Positions 28,767-38,834 are shown, numbered from the stretch's first letter. The stretch: DNA of 64,000 nt from an uncultured Collinsella sp. (GCA_958443615.1 CAUCLI010000009.1:366-64365), one strand, 5' to 3'. Notes: generated from the sequence alone by a model not told the origin. Numbers and translations are program-made.

Positions 28767-30539
28767 CTAGCGCACTCTTTGCAAGACCTTTCCCGCAGCA
28801 TTTTCATACATCGTTTCAAACTCATCCAGGTGCGCCTCAAATAATCGATAGGGACTTGACCCGGACAGCGTCGTCAACGATCCGCCATCCGCCGACGGAT
28901 CAGGCTCATTAAGCATCAAAATGAACTCGGATGAGCTATAAACTTCATTCAAATCGCCATCATCAAGATTCCAATAATAGGAATCGGTTGCACCTCGGCC
29001 CGCAATCGGCTCAAACCAATAAATATCAACATACGTGCCCAAAACAGCAAAAGAATGCATGTCGTTGTCTGAAAGCGCTTTGTCAAATCGCTCAAACAAG
29101 TCGATCTTATCCATTGAATATGGCTGCGTTGCAGCTACCTGCGTTCGATTGAATGTAGCAAGAGGCATCAATACATCAGAACCCGGAATTGGGTTGAAAA
29201 TGGGAGCGACCCTTGAAGCCGAAGCGTCAAATCCCGTCATGCACATCGTAGCGACGGCAATCCATGGCGCCATCATGCATATTGCAACTTGAGTGTCCAA
29301 CTTCAGAATGCGATACAACCCTCCCGCTGCAAATACAAAGAAGATGAGCCAAAGAGCAAAGTGCATCTTATAAAAATAGTAGCTGGAAATCCACCCCATA
29401 AGACCCAAGAGCAATGCTACAGCAGCATATACCAAAAAGACAACAGCATGAATAACTGAAAAAGACCAACGCGAGCGCTTAACGGCAACGCAGAAGCCCA
29501 AAATCGCAAACGGCGCACAGAAGACGAAATCTATAAATAAGTTCTTATAGATTCCGCCCTCAGTTGCCAAGGCATCGGAAACCGAAAGATTAGAGAAGAT
29601 GCCCAGGAAAACTATGAAGAAGCCAATGAGGACCGGAATGGCGAAAAAGGAAACCTCAACGAACATGAGGCGCTTGACTGAACGCGCCTCTTTCCACTCC
29701 GAGTAGGCAATATACACAAACAGGGCGAGGAAGACCGGAGGGGCGAACAGAGAGTAGGAGGTAACCACACCCAATGCGCCCAATGAGGCAGCAAGGTACC
29801 GTTTTGCCTTGCAATCGGTGCCCACGATGGCAAATAGGATAAGAGCGAGAAAGTTAACACCCGCCCCCAAATAGCAGAAGCCATAGACCATAACACTCAG
29901 CGGATAGCAAATAACATAAAGCGCGGAAATCAGAACGCCGAGCACTCGTGTAGACCGAGACGCGGTGTTTTTAATTACCGCATACAAAAGCAACCCCGAA
30001 AAATAGAGCGAAATGATGTCGGTCAGTATAAACACTTTGTAGAGCGGCACCTCAATTGACAGGCCCGACAACGCCTGGCTCAACATCGCCGTAAAGCTCC
30101 ACCACGCGAATTGCCCCGAAACCATACCGCCGTCCACGATTTTCCACGTCTCAAAAATATGCCTTGATGGATCAGAGGCCGTGTAATGAATCTGAAAAGA
30201 AGGGCCAAACTGTTTAAATGCGCACAGGAACACAATAGCGCCCAGAACAAGCAGGGCAACTAAATCGATGGCATCAATCATCTGCTTCGCAGGCCTTGGG
30301 TGCACATCATTGCACACGCGCACAAGAACAAAAAGCAGAAGCATCTGAACGAAAGTAATTAGCTCAAGATGGACACTCAGTCCAACCATGCTCGACACGC
30401 CATACAGCACGCAATCAAAAGCTACAACGAGCATGACCCCTGGAACAAATGCGCTGGCAACAGTGCGCTTTTCAAATAAAAATGCGATGAGCACAGCGTC
30501 TACAAGAAAAGAGAGAAGCCATATAATCGAAACGAGCAT
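28767..30539 (-). CDS. polytopic membrane protein of unknown family (candidate Wzy-like polymerase or GT-C) with ~150-aa C-terminal soluble domain
   Basis: 590 aa, at least 12 hydrophobic segments and no motif I recognise. A spot count of one 60-nt line gives 38% GC. Confidence 0.6.
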   Translation of the reverse strand: MLVSIIWLLSFLVDAVLIAFLFEKRTVASAFVPGVMLVVAFDCVLYGVSSMVGLSVHLELITFVQMLLLFVLVRVCNDVHPRPAKQMIDAIDLVALLVLGAIVFLCAFKQFGPSFQIHYTASDPSRHIFETWKIVDGGMVSGQFAWWSFTAMLSQALSGLSIEVPLYKVFILTDIISLYFSGLLLYAVIKNTASRSTRVLGVLISALYVICYPLSVMVYGFCYLGAGVNFLALILFAIVGTDCKAKRYLAASLGALGVVTSYSLFAPPVFLALFVYIAYSEWKEARSVKRLMFVEVSFFAIPVLIGFFIVFLGIFSNLSVSDALATEGGIYKNLFIDFVFCAPFAILGFCVAVKRSRWSFSVIHAVVFLVYAAVALLLGLMGWISSYYFYKMHFALWLIFFVFAAGGLYRILKLDTQVAICMMAPWIAVATMCMTGFDASASRVAPIFNPIPGSDVLMPLATFNRTQVAATQPYSMDKIDLFERFDKALSDNDMHSFAVLGTYVDIYWFEPIAGRGATDSYYWNLDDGDLNEVYSSSEFILMLNEPDPSADGGSLTTLSGSSPYRLFEAHLDEFETMYENAAGKVLQRVR

Positions 30540-30611
30540 CTACGCCACCTCGTAAAACACGACACAGCAGGCGACCCAGCTCAATAGCTGGGTCGTCGAC
30601 ATAAGAAATAT

Positions 30612-31442
30612 CTACCCCAAAATCCGTTGGATTTTGCTCGCATCGCCCCACACGCCCGGAGAATCATAGGGGCGATCGGGGAAGGCGCCATACTCAAGCT
30701 GAATATCGAGATGATTATCTCGGATAAAGCCCTCGATCTGCTCGGCAAGGGATACCGGCTTACCGGAACAGCAGTTGATGATACCCAGCACTTCATCTTG
30801 CATGGTGGCTGCGGCGATCATATGGGCGAGCTCGGCGACCGGCGTAAAATCGTACTTGTTCTTACCCGTGGTAAACGGGAAAGTCTTTTGACCCGCCCGC
30901 GCTGCTCGCAACAGCTTGCCGAAAATCGACTGCGACTGGGCGTCGTCGCCATAGATGTAAAACCCGCGCAGCCACTGGAGCGCAAAGCCCTTGCGCCCCG
31001 ACTCAATCTCGAGAGCACGGCGCAGGGCGTCCTTAGCCACGCCATACGCCGAAAGCGGTTTGCACGGCGTGTCCTCCGTGATGGCGCCCTCCCAGTAACC
31101 GACCTCATGCATGGAGCCCATGACGGCAACACGGCCAACGCCAGCGTCGATCATCTTGTGCAAAAAGAGGTAATGGCCCGACAAATCCCCCATGTGGGTC
31201 GGGGCATTGTGATCAAAGCCGTTGCGCCATGCAAGATGCAGGCAAACCTCGGGCATCTCGTCAAACAGCTCCACAGGGGCAAACGACGGGTCGAACACAT
31301 CGACCTGCATCCACCGGGCTCGCGGGTCGCCACCCTCAACGCAAAGGTCAAGGGCATATACGCATGCGCCCATATCGCACAGCGCAGTGACAACGTGGCG
31401 GCCGATATATCCGTTCGCGCCCGTAACGGCAATTGAAAGCAT
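30612..31442 (-). CDS. NAD-dependent epimerase/dehydratase family protein
   Basis: 276 aa. N-terminal Rossmann motif IAVTGANGYIGRHV and YGVAKDA (YxxxK). Confidence 0.8.
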   Translation of the reverse strand: MLSIAVTGANGYIGRHVVTALCDMGACVYALDLCVEGGDPRARWMQVDVFDPSFAPVELFDEMPEVCLHLAWRNGFDHNAPTHMGDLSGHYLFLHKMIDAGVGRVAVMGSMHEVGYWEGAITEDTPCKPLSAYGVAKDALRRALEIESGRKGFALQWLRGFYIYGDDAQSQSIFGKLLRAARAGQKTFPFTTGKNKYDFTPVAELAHMIAAATMQDEVLGIINCCSGKPVSLAEQIEGFIRDNHLDIQLEYGAFPDRPYDSPGVWGDASKIQRILG

Positions 31443-31516
31443 GGGGGCACCTTTTCCCTAGTGTCAGATTCATCCTACTATTTTAGCGTGCCCAGGCACG
31501 CCAGCATGAAACCAAC

Positions 31517-32317
31517 CTACAAAGCATTGCTCTTCTCACTCAACGCATAGACCTTATTCACGAGCTTTGCAATGGGGCGCGGCCACAACGAAGAAAGGAT
31601 CTCGAGATCTTCGCCCTTGCGAATATCCTCACCCAAGTTGAGCGACGTTGCAGACTCCGCATAGATGCGATGTCCCACAAGCGCCTCGGGCACATAGACG
31701 AATCGTCCGTCCATACGCGCGAAATCCACCCAAGTCTTGTAGTCACAGCTATTCTTGTATGTCGTGTCGAACGGCGATGCACCCAGGTTCTGCTTCACCA
31801 GCGTCACCGCAGGGCAGCAGATAGGGTCGCCCAAACTCAGAATGCGCTTTTTCACAAACGTGCTGCCGTTGCAGCAACGATGCGCCAGCGGCGCATTCAT
31901 AACGCGCTTGATGCGCAGCAGCGTGTTGTTGTCAACGCGTTCTCCGTCGCGCATCTCAAAGTAGTCGGTGAAGCCGATGAGCAGCTCGCTGGCATCATAG
32001 GCGTTCAGGGCCGCCAGCATGCGCGCGACGAACGTCGGATCGTAATAGTCATCTTGATGCGCCATGGTAACGAGCGGCGTCTCGGCGGCATCGTAGCCGT
32101 AATTCCAGTCGTCGCCGGCAAGGTGCGGATGAGGATTGACGACCATGGGAACTTGATAGGTGTCGCATACCTCGCGCAGGTAATCGTTGGGCGTCGAGGT
32201 GGACAGGATGACACGAGTGGCAACGGTTTGCGCCTGCAGCGATGCGATCGTACCCCCGATGTAGGGATTCTCCTTATAGGCACAAACAACAAACGTATGG
32301 TCTTGCGGGGTAAACAT
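31517..32317 (-). CDS. GT2-family glycosyltransferase
   Basis: 266 aa. FVVCAYKENPYIGGTIASLQAQT and HQDDYYD are typical of a GT2 subgroup found in Gram-positive polysaccharide loci. Confidence 0.7.
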   Translation of the reverse strand: MFTPQDHTFVVCAYKENPYIGGTIASLQAQTVATRVILSTSTPNDYLREVCDTYQVPMVVNPHPHLAGDDWNYGYDAAETPLVTMAHQDDYYDPTFVARMLAALNAYDASELLIGFTDYFEMRDGERVDNNTLLRIKRVMNAPLAHRCCNGSTFVKKRILSLGDPICCPAVTLVKQNLGASPFDTTYKNSCDYKTWVDFARMDGRFVYVPEALVGHRIYAESATSLNLGEDIRKGEDLEILSSLWPRPIAKLVNKVYALSEKSNAL

Positions 32318-32340
32318 CTATCTATTCCCTCATCTTTTCG

Positions 32341-32931
32341 TTACACACGGACCCAAGAGGACGATTCTTCGACAAATTGTTTTACGACGCGCGCCGGAAT
32401 GCCAACGGCGACGCTGTTGGCGGGCAGTGACTTGCACACAACGGCTCCCGAGCCAACGATGCAGCCATCTCCAATCGTGACACCTGGAAGCACCACGACG
32501 TTCTCCCCCAGCCACACGCGATCGCCAATCGTAACCGGCTCTGCGTCGAGCGGGCGGTCAGCCGGACGCGTGCAGGGTGCGCTGCCGCCCGCACCGTACG
32601 AGCCATGGCTCGTATCGCTCACGAACACCTTCGACGCAAACAGACAGTCATCGCCAATACTCAAGCGAGACGATGAGACGAGGTGAACGTTATCGCCAAT
32701 TTGGCAGCGCTCCCCCATCTCGATGCAGCCGCTCCCAAACACCTCGATACGGCAATTGCGACCCGTGGAGAGCCCACAGCCGAAGTGAAAGTCCTTCTTT
32801 TGCCGAATGCAAATGGGCCTTCTCACCAGCATGGCACCTGGGTAGAACAGCTTCGTCATCACAAACGACCAGCCCATGCGAGCGATGTCCGCAACCGAAT
32901 ACGTCTTTAGCTCATGCAAGATGCCATTCAT
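32341..32931 (-). CDS. hexapeptide-repeat (LbH) O-acetyltransferase
   Basis: Imperfect hexapeptide repeats (IGDNVHL, IGDDCLF, IGDRVWLGENVVVLPGVTIGDGCIVGSGAVV). The ATG at 32931 overlaps the flippase stop as ATGA. Confidence 0.8.
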   Translation of the reverse strand: MNGILHELKTYSVADIARMGWSFVMTKLFYPGAMLVRRPICIRQKKDFHFGCGLSTGRNCRIEVFGSGCIEMGERCQIGDNVHLVSSSRLSIGDDCLFASKVFVSDTSHGSYGAGGSAPCTRPADRPLDAEPVTIGDRVWLGENVVVLPGVTIGDGCIVGSGAVVCKSLPANSVAVGIPARVVKQFVEESSSWVRV

Positions 32932-34196
32932 GCCGCATCGCCCCCAACAGTCGCCGGCCGGGCATTGCGCACCTGCCAGGTAAACGCACCAAAACATATG
33001 ACAAGGCCAACGCCGAACGCCGCTATGACCGTGCAGGTGATGCCGTTCGCATCAAGCGCCTCAATCATCGGGCGCGATGCGACGATGGAGATGAGCAGCG
33101 CCGACGCATTGGCAACGAGAGCCGCACGCAAGCTCCGCATGACGATGAGGACATCGAACATGAAGGCGAACATCGTCGTGACCGCCGTGGCAATCAGTGC
33201 AGGGGTCAGGAGATACACGCTGCCCCTGATCGATTCGCCATACACGAAGGTCAAAACGGGCTCACCGAACAGCTCGCTTGCCAACACGCCAGCCGCCGCC
33301 ACCACGAGAATCGCAACGAACACCGAGCCGATGCCCCGTAGAAACGCAGCAAGATCTCGGTCGGACCATCGCTGGGCAATACCCCCGAGCAACGGGTTGT
33401 ACAAATACGATGCGGCGACCTGGACGAGGACCGTTGGAGTGGCAACGGCCGCATACATGCCCAGCGCCTCGGCGCCGCGAAGGACCTCGAACTGCTGACG
33501 CGCAACGGACACGACCGCACCGTAACATACCAGCGTGATGACGGCGGGCAGATAGCGCTTCAACAACTCGAGAACCCGCGCGCACGCAATGCGCGGACGC
33601 GCAGACGCCAGGGCGTTGGCCTTGCGATAATCATAGAGAAGCGTCACCGACGCGCACACGAAGGCGACGGCGATGATCGCGATGTTGATGTTGTCGCACA
33701 AAGCCAGGGCGGCGGAAAACGCGATGACCGAGCATATGCCGCGCACGGCCTGCGAAATCCCGATATAGTCCATGCGCATCGCCTTTTGATCGATGGCATA
33801 GAACACGCAGCAAAACGATTCATCGGCCTTGAACAGCAGCCAGAAAACCGTTGAGATGACCAGGGCCGTAGACGATGCGGTCGCAATCAGATAGACGAGC
33901 ATGGGAATAAATCCCAAGATGACCGTCACGATCCGGAAACCCACATACTCCTCGGATGAGTACTCGTCATGCACGTCGGACACCTGGATCGTCCGCATGT
34001 TGTAGGTGGCCAGCGGATAATAGATGTTGCCGACTGCCATGGCAAACGCCAGGACGCCTGAGTTGTCGTAACCAGAGGAGAACACCACCACGGCAACGGT
34101 CATCGCCCATTGGCACGCCTGGTAAATCAAACAGCCAATCGAGTTCCAAAGCATATTCTGCTTAACGGAGAGCTGCTTTGAACCGCTAGCACTCAT
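32928..34196 (-). CDS. Wzx-like polysaccharide flippase (MOP/polysaccharide biosynthesis protein family)
   Basis: About 422 aa and about 12 TM segments. N-terminus KQNMLWNSIGCLIYQ is typical of Wzx-type flippases. The start at 34196 is preferred, with alternatives at 34217 and 34238. Confidence 0.7.
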   Translation of the reverse strand: MSASGSKQLSVKQNMLWNSIGCLIYQACQWAMTVAVVVFSSGYDNSGVLAFAMAVGNIYYPLATYNMRTIQVSDVHDEYSSEEYVGFRIVTVILGFIPMLVYLIATASSTALVISTVFWLLFKADESFCCVFYAIDQKAMRMDYIGISQAVRGICSVIAFSAALALCDNINIAIIAVAFVCASVTLLYDYRKANALASARPRIACARVLELLKRYLPAVITLVCYGAVVSVARQQFEVLRGAEALGMYAAVATPTVLVQVAASYLYNPLLGGIAQRWSDRDLAAFLRGIGSVFVAILVVAAAGVLASELFGEPVLTFVYGESIRGSVYLLTPALIATAVTTMFAFMFDVLIVMRSLRAALVANASALLISIVASRPMIEALDANGITCTVIAAFGVGLVICFGAFTWQVRNARPATVGGDAA

Positions 34197-34554
34197 GGTC
34201 GTCGTGCCCCCGTGCATCACGGTTGATCTCACACTCAATGATGGCGATCCGCTGCGTCAGATTCTTGATCGCAGTTGCCTGCTTGCTCACAATCGCACTC
34301 AAGGAAAGCGCAATGAGCAGCAAGAACATAAACCCGGTGAAGAAAATGAAATTGGATGTCGTCTCAAAACCCATCATCCGCCCAAGCGTGAACAGCGGAT
34401 CGGGCATCAGCGCCAGTACCAGAACCGTGGCGCCAAGAGCGAGCCATAACAGCGAATATTTCAGTTGCAAGCGTTCGTGCTTCACTAAATGAATAACGTA
34501 TACAAATAATAGCAGGCAGGCGACCGCTGCCACAAAACGCAAAGCATCCGACAC
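34186..34554 (-). CDS. small membrane protein, DUF2304-like
   Basis: 122 aa with three or four TM segments. Motif HLVKHERLQLKYSLLWL. Directly downstream of a polyprenol-phosphate GT2 gene. The family name is from memory. Confidence 0.6.
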   Translation of the reverse strand: MSDALRFVAAVACLLLFVYVIHLVKHERLQLKYSLLWLALGATVLVLALMPDPLFTLGRMMGFETTSNFIFFTGFMFLLLIALSLSAIVSKQATAIKNLTQRIAIIECEINRDARGHDDHEC

Positions 34555-34563
34555 GATAGCTCC

Positions 34564-35262
34564 CTACTTCGTCCGTCGAGACACGCTGGCGATCAGGATT
34601 GCCAGCGAGACCTTGATCATGTAATACACGCTCGACAGTCCACCGATGGACGAGGTGCCGCCTTGGCGCTCGCGCATCTCAACGGAAACCTCTTTGACAG
34701 ACAGTCCGCTCTTAATGGCAACCGCGATTGACTCGGGCTCGGGATAGTCCACGGGATAGGTAGCGCAAAACAGATCGATCGCACGGCGACCACAGGCGCG
34801 AAAACCCGACGTCGGATCGCTCACATGGCGACCCGTACACAGCTTGAGAATAGCGGAAAGCCACGTAATCCCGACACGACGCATGAAAGTCGATTGGAAG
34901 CCGTCGGTCTTTTCCAAGAAGCGCGAGCCAATCACCAGATCGGCCCCCGAAACAACCTCGTGCACAAGCGCGTCAAGATAAGCGGGGTCGTGCTGCCCAT
35001 CGCCATCAAGCTGAATGTCGATGTCGTAGCCAAATCGCTGTGCGTACTTGTGACCAGCCTGCACAGCACCACCGATGCCCAGATTCATGGGCAAATCGAG
35101 AACATTCAACCCATTTGAACGGCAGACATCGAGCGTGGTGTCACGCGAGCCATCGTTGACGACGATGTAGTCATAGCCGTGCTCCACAACGCCACTGACA
35201 GTGTTCAAAATGTTATCGGCCTCGTTATATGCCGGTATCACGATGAGCACCTTTGGCTCCAT
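34564..35262 (-). CDS. GT2 polyprenol-phosphate glycosyltransferase (DPM1/GtrB-like, soluble form)
   Basis: 232 aa. VLIVIPAYNEADNI, YIVVNDGSRDTT and QLDGDGQHDP. Confidence 0.8.
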   Translation of the reverse strand: MEPKVLIVIPAYNEADNILNTVSGVVEHGYDYIVVNDGSRDTTLDVCRSNGLNVLDLPMNLGIGGAVQAGHKYAQRFGYDIDIQLDGDGQHDPAYLDALVHEVVSGADLVIGSRFLEKTDGFQSTFMRRVGITWLSAILKLCTGRHVSDPTSGFRACGRRAIDLFCATYPVDYPEPESIAVAIKSGLSVKEVSVEMRERQGGTSSIGGLSSVYYMIKVSLAILIASVSRRTK

Positions 35263-35437
35263 GCGCGCCCCTTTCCAAACAAATTACGCCATCAACTAAG
35301 GGCGTAAGTTATGTAGTATAACGGTGAAAGCCACATCCCATAGCCCCGCATGGCATGTGACAGCGAAAAGGCACATGGCGCGCCTGCCCATATATCCGTA
35401 TCTTATAATTAGAAAAAATCGATATAAGGAGCATCCC

Positions 35438-36397
35438 GTGCAATCCGCTGTTGATATCTCCGTAGTGGTGACGACCTACAATCAAGACGAGCGCGCCTTG
35501 ACGCTTACACTCAACTCGATCTTGCAGCAAATCTGCACGTCATTTGAAATCATCGTTGCAGACGATTGCTCAAAGATTGATCCCTCTCCGTTTATTCATC
35601 GATTCTTTGATGAAAAAGGGTTTGAAAACTACTCGATTGTCCGCGCGAGCGAAAACATCGGAACGGTCGCGAATGTGGCGCGAGGCATTTCCGCTGCGTC
35701 AGGCCACATTATCAAGCCGCTCAGCCCGGGTGATGCGCTGTTTGGCCCATCAACGCTTGCCAATATCGTTCAATGCTGCAATGAGCACGACATACAGCTC
35801 GGCTTTGGCGGCATCATTTCATATTTGCCAGACGGCTCGTTCTCACCGTACAATGCACCGCGCGCCCTCGATTTGTACACATCCCCCAAGCAGGATAGCG
35901 GTGATGTACTGCGTTCGCACATCCTCAAGACTGATTGGATACCGGGTTGCTCGCTCTTCTACGGGCGTGACCTGATGCTCCCCTATCTTCATGAGCTCGC
36001 CGACCGTGCACATGTCCGATACTGCGAGGACCTCGCGTGCCCTCTCTGCGCCGCCGACGGCGTTCACATCGGCTACCTTGGCGAACCCGTCATTTGGTAT
36101 GAAATGGGCACTGGCATCTCAACATCGGGCGGCAGCGCATCGGTGCGGCGAATGTACAACGACCATCATAATTTCTATCACTACTTGCCTGAGCGCATCG
36201 TCGATCAGCAGGTGGCGTGTCGGGCCCTTCGCGCTTTTTCCCTACGCGAGTTTGTGGCGCTCCACACACCGTTTTACCGTATGGCGCAAAAACTCAAGCT
36301 TAACCAATATGCCGGGTCCAACACGTTCGACATGGCTCCGCTTGAGAAAGAGCTGCATTTTTTCAACGCTTGCCGAATGGATGTAATAACACAATGA
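35438..36397 (+). CDS. GT2 glycosyltransferase
   Basis: ISVVVTTYNQDERALTLTLNSILQQ..FEIIVADDCS. The GTG at 35438 is preceded by AAGGAG at 35426-35431. This is the only plus-strand gene at the right edge of the glycan locus. Confidence 0.75.
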   Translation: MQSAVDISVVVTTYNQDERALTLTLNSILQQICTSFEIIVADDCSKIDPSPFIHRFFDEKGFENYSIVRASENIGTVANVARGISAASGHIIKPLSPGDALFGPSTLANIVQCCNEHDIQLGFGGIISYLPDGSFSPYNAPRALDLYTSPKQDSGDVLRSHILKTDWIPGCSLFYGRDLMLPYLHELADRAHVRYCEDLACPLCAADGVHIGYLGEPVIWYEMGTGISTSGGSASVRRMYNDHHNFYHYLPERIVDQQVACRALRAFSLREFVALHTPFYRMAQKLKLNQYAGSNTFDMAPLEKELHFFNACRMDVITQ

Positions 36398-37439
36398 GGG
36401 AAAGTCTATGGACCCTGCTCGGCGCATGAATATGATATCTACACTTTGTAATAACGATCACTCGATAAGATGGTCGAAGCCACAGTGAACACTTGTCGAG
36501 AACGTCTTCAAGCAGCTTATTCACGCTCGGCAACGCGAAAGGGTTCCCATGCCATATCTTAAAGTTGAGCTTCGCGACGAATATCGAGTCATTTTCTCCT
36601 AACTTAACCTTCTGATTGACCTCTACTACAGCCAGATGGCCAATGCGGAAAAGAAGGCAAGGGCCAATCGCCTTATACTCTGCTGCATGAAACAAGACGT
36701 TCAAAATGTACTAAATAACGACTACTTACCACTCATTAATAACTTGATGTTTGGCTCGCTGGACAGCGACAACCCCATCTTGTTGGGAGTAAACCGATTA
36801 AATAACTAAACAAATGGAATCGGAAGCATCTAAAATGCTTCGGGTTATTCAAACTCTACTGCAGAAGCCTCTCCAGGAATCGCATCGGCAATAGATTCAC
36901 TGCGCCGTTTCCAGTTCAGGCTATCCAGTCAGTGTCTCCCCTTCTCAATCATGCTGGAAAGCAATGCCAAGATTCAACAATTTGAAATTGATATGGATGC
37001 ATATCGTCATTCCCTGCAAGAAAAAGAAAATCAAATGAGTTCCACCGCAGAGACTCTGATTAATAAGATTGAGGCAATGAAAGACAAGGCCTCCCTTGAT
37101 CAGGTCGGTATACTAGGCATTTTTAACGCAGTAGCCTTTGTCTTCACTGGCGGTATCAACTTCGCTGGGTAATAATGTATTATACTGCCGAGACAACAAG
37201 CCCTGCAACAGCTTGTATTCTGAGCGTGTTGTTCGGATTAATTCTATGCAATATGGTTTCTGTTCTTCTTTGATTTGTCTCCATTCTTGTGGGAAAACAA
37301 GAGCAGTTACGGCAATTCGGGCTAAGTCTCTGGTTTTTTGTCAATGCAATCCTATGTGCTTTCGCTTTTGGAATTGCAGTCTTTGCTTGCCTCTGTTAAT
37401 TCAAATAACCGCTGTTAGCTGTTCGGACACGCTCCTTAG

Positions 37440-37733
37440 AAGAACATCACGCGAGCCGCTTCCGCTGAAACTGCTATCGCCACCATCACCGAGCCCGACA
37501 TCCTCATCGTCGACGAGACGCTCTCCGTCGGAGACGTGTTCTTCCAGGAAAAGTGCGAGAAGCGCATCCAGCACTTCATCGACGATGGCCACGTCACCGT
37601 CCTGTTCGTGAGCCACGCCATGGACCAGGTCGAGCGCATCTGCCAGCGCGCGGTCTGGATCGAGAAGGGTGACCTGCGTATGGACGGCCCCGTCGACGAG
37701 GTCTGCAAGGCATATCGCGCGCAGTTCGCGTAA
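37440..37733 (+). pseudogene. 3' remnant of a TagH/Wzt-type ABC transporter ATP-binding gene
   Basis: An in-frame stop sits at 37437-37439. The frame then reads ...TEPDILIVDETLSVGDVFFQEKCEKRIQHFIDDGHVTVLFVSHAMDQVERICQRAVWIEKGDL, which covers Walker B, D-loop and H-loop only. Walker A and the signature motif are absent. Homologous to the C-terminal ABC part of 18540..19769. Confidence 0.8.
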
Positions 37734-38154
37734 ATCGCCGCTTTGCCCAATCACGCCTAAGCGTGTTTAGGCAAATCTCATACCAGCAAGGCAGGAATGG
37801 GGCTCACCGCCCTTCCTCATAGTGCGGGCGCCGCTCATACTGCATTCAATCAGACCAAGGACGTAACATCAGGTCAAGATTCCGAGCAAGGACGCTAAAG
37901 GGTCGCCTCTGGCGAACGTTTCCAAGCCCCATCGATGGCCCTGGGCTAGAGCCAAGCATAAAACCGCAGGAAACGAATTTCTGGAATCCAGATGGCAAGC
38001 CAAACTGCTTCAAAACATTCGCCAGAGACGACCTTTCGTCGCGTGCGATTCATCTGGAGATTGCAGCATTGAATATTTCGATAGTTATATAAGAGATGTT
38101 GCATATTAATTAATCTGAGGTCAAAGACAGCCCAAGATGGGGATTCGCATCGAG

Positions 38155-38739
38155 CTACAAGTGCACGTCGATGCTGACCTCCGGCACACGCGCGAGCTCG
38201 GCGAGGGTCACGCCGTCGACATAGGCGTCGATCGTCTCCTCGAGACCCGTCCAAAACTTCACGGTCGAGCACAGGTCGCTGCGCCCGCAGGCCCCATCGA
38301 GGCCCTCGCATGCCACGGTCGAACGCTCGCCCTCCGCGGCACGCAGGATATCTCCGGCACGCACGTCGGCCGCAGGCTTTGCCAGCACGTAACCGCCGCC
38401 CTTGCCTCGCACGCTCCGCAGCAGGCCCGCATTCATGAGCGGGCGCACGAGCTGCTCCAAATACTTGAGAGAAATCCCCTCGCGCTCGGCGACCTCGCGC
38501 AGAGAGACCTTGGTCTGCGGACGCATGGAAGGCGCAGGTTGCGCGGAGGGCGCGGCCTTCTCCGAGGCAGCCCCCGTCGAAACCTCGGTGTCCCCCGCTG
38601 CCACGAGGACGCCAGAAGCATCATCCGAACCAGGGCCCACGCTCGCGACGGACCCGCTCTCCCCGACCGGGTCCCCGCCGATGGCCGCGATGTAGATCAT
38701 CAGCTTGAGCGCATAGCGGCCCTTAGAGGAAATGAGCAT
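38155..38739 (-). CDS. Rrf2-family transcriptional regulator (IscR/SufR-like role) with a low-complexity insertion
   Basis: MLISSKGRYALKLM, then ISLKYLEQLVRPLMNAGLLRSVRGKGGGY (winged HTH). Cys cluster CEGLDGACGRSDLC. Divergent from sufC. Confidence 0.85.
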   Translation of the reverse strand: MLISSKGRYALKLMIYIAAIGGDPVGESGSVASVGPGSDDASGVLVAAGDTEVSTGAASEKAAPSAQPAPSMRPQTKVSLREVAEREGISLKYLEQLVRPLMNAGLLRSVRGKGGGYVLAKPAADVRAGDILRAAEGERSTVACEGLDGACGRSDLCSTVKFWTGLEETIDAYVDGVTLAELARVPEVSIDVHL

Positions 38740-38834
38740 GGACGAACCCCCTTGCGGTAAACCGTGTGGAGCAACACGAGCACCGACGAAACATCGGCAT
38801 ATTCTCCCAGAAATCGGCTATCATCGTATCGTTA

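Noticed and set aside
36363-36704. 113-aa minus-strand ORF overlapping the 3' end of the GT2 gene in the AT-rich junction
   Set aside because: It has no RBS and no motif, overlaps a credible gene, and lies in a zone of evident gene decay. It is treated as part of the scar and not as a gene.
36951-37172. 73-aa ORF (coiled-coil-like N-terminus plus one hydrophobic segment) and neighbouring TM-like peptides in shifting frames up to about 37400
   Set aside because: It could be a small membrane protein, but the downstream hydrophobic segments continue in other frames. That suggests a frameshifted relic. There is no RBS and no recognisable family.
37734-38154. Non-coding 420-bp stretch between the ATPase remnant and rrf2, examined for a riboswitch or sRNA (hairpin GCCTAA-GCGTGT-TTAGGC near 37755, AT-rich ATTAATTAAT near 38105)
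   Set aside because: I could not match it to any known RNA family from memory and found no convincing promoter/terminator pair.
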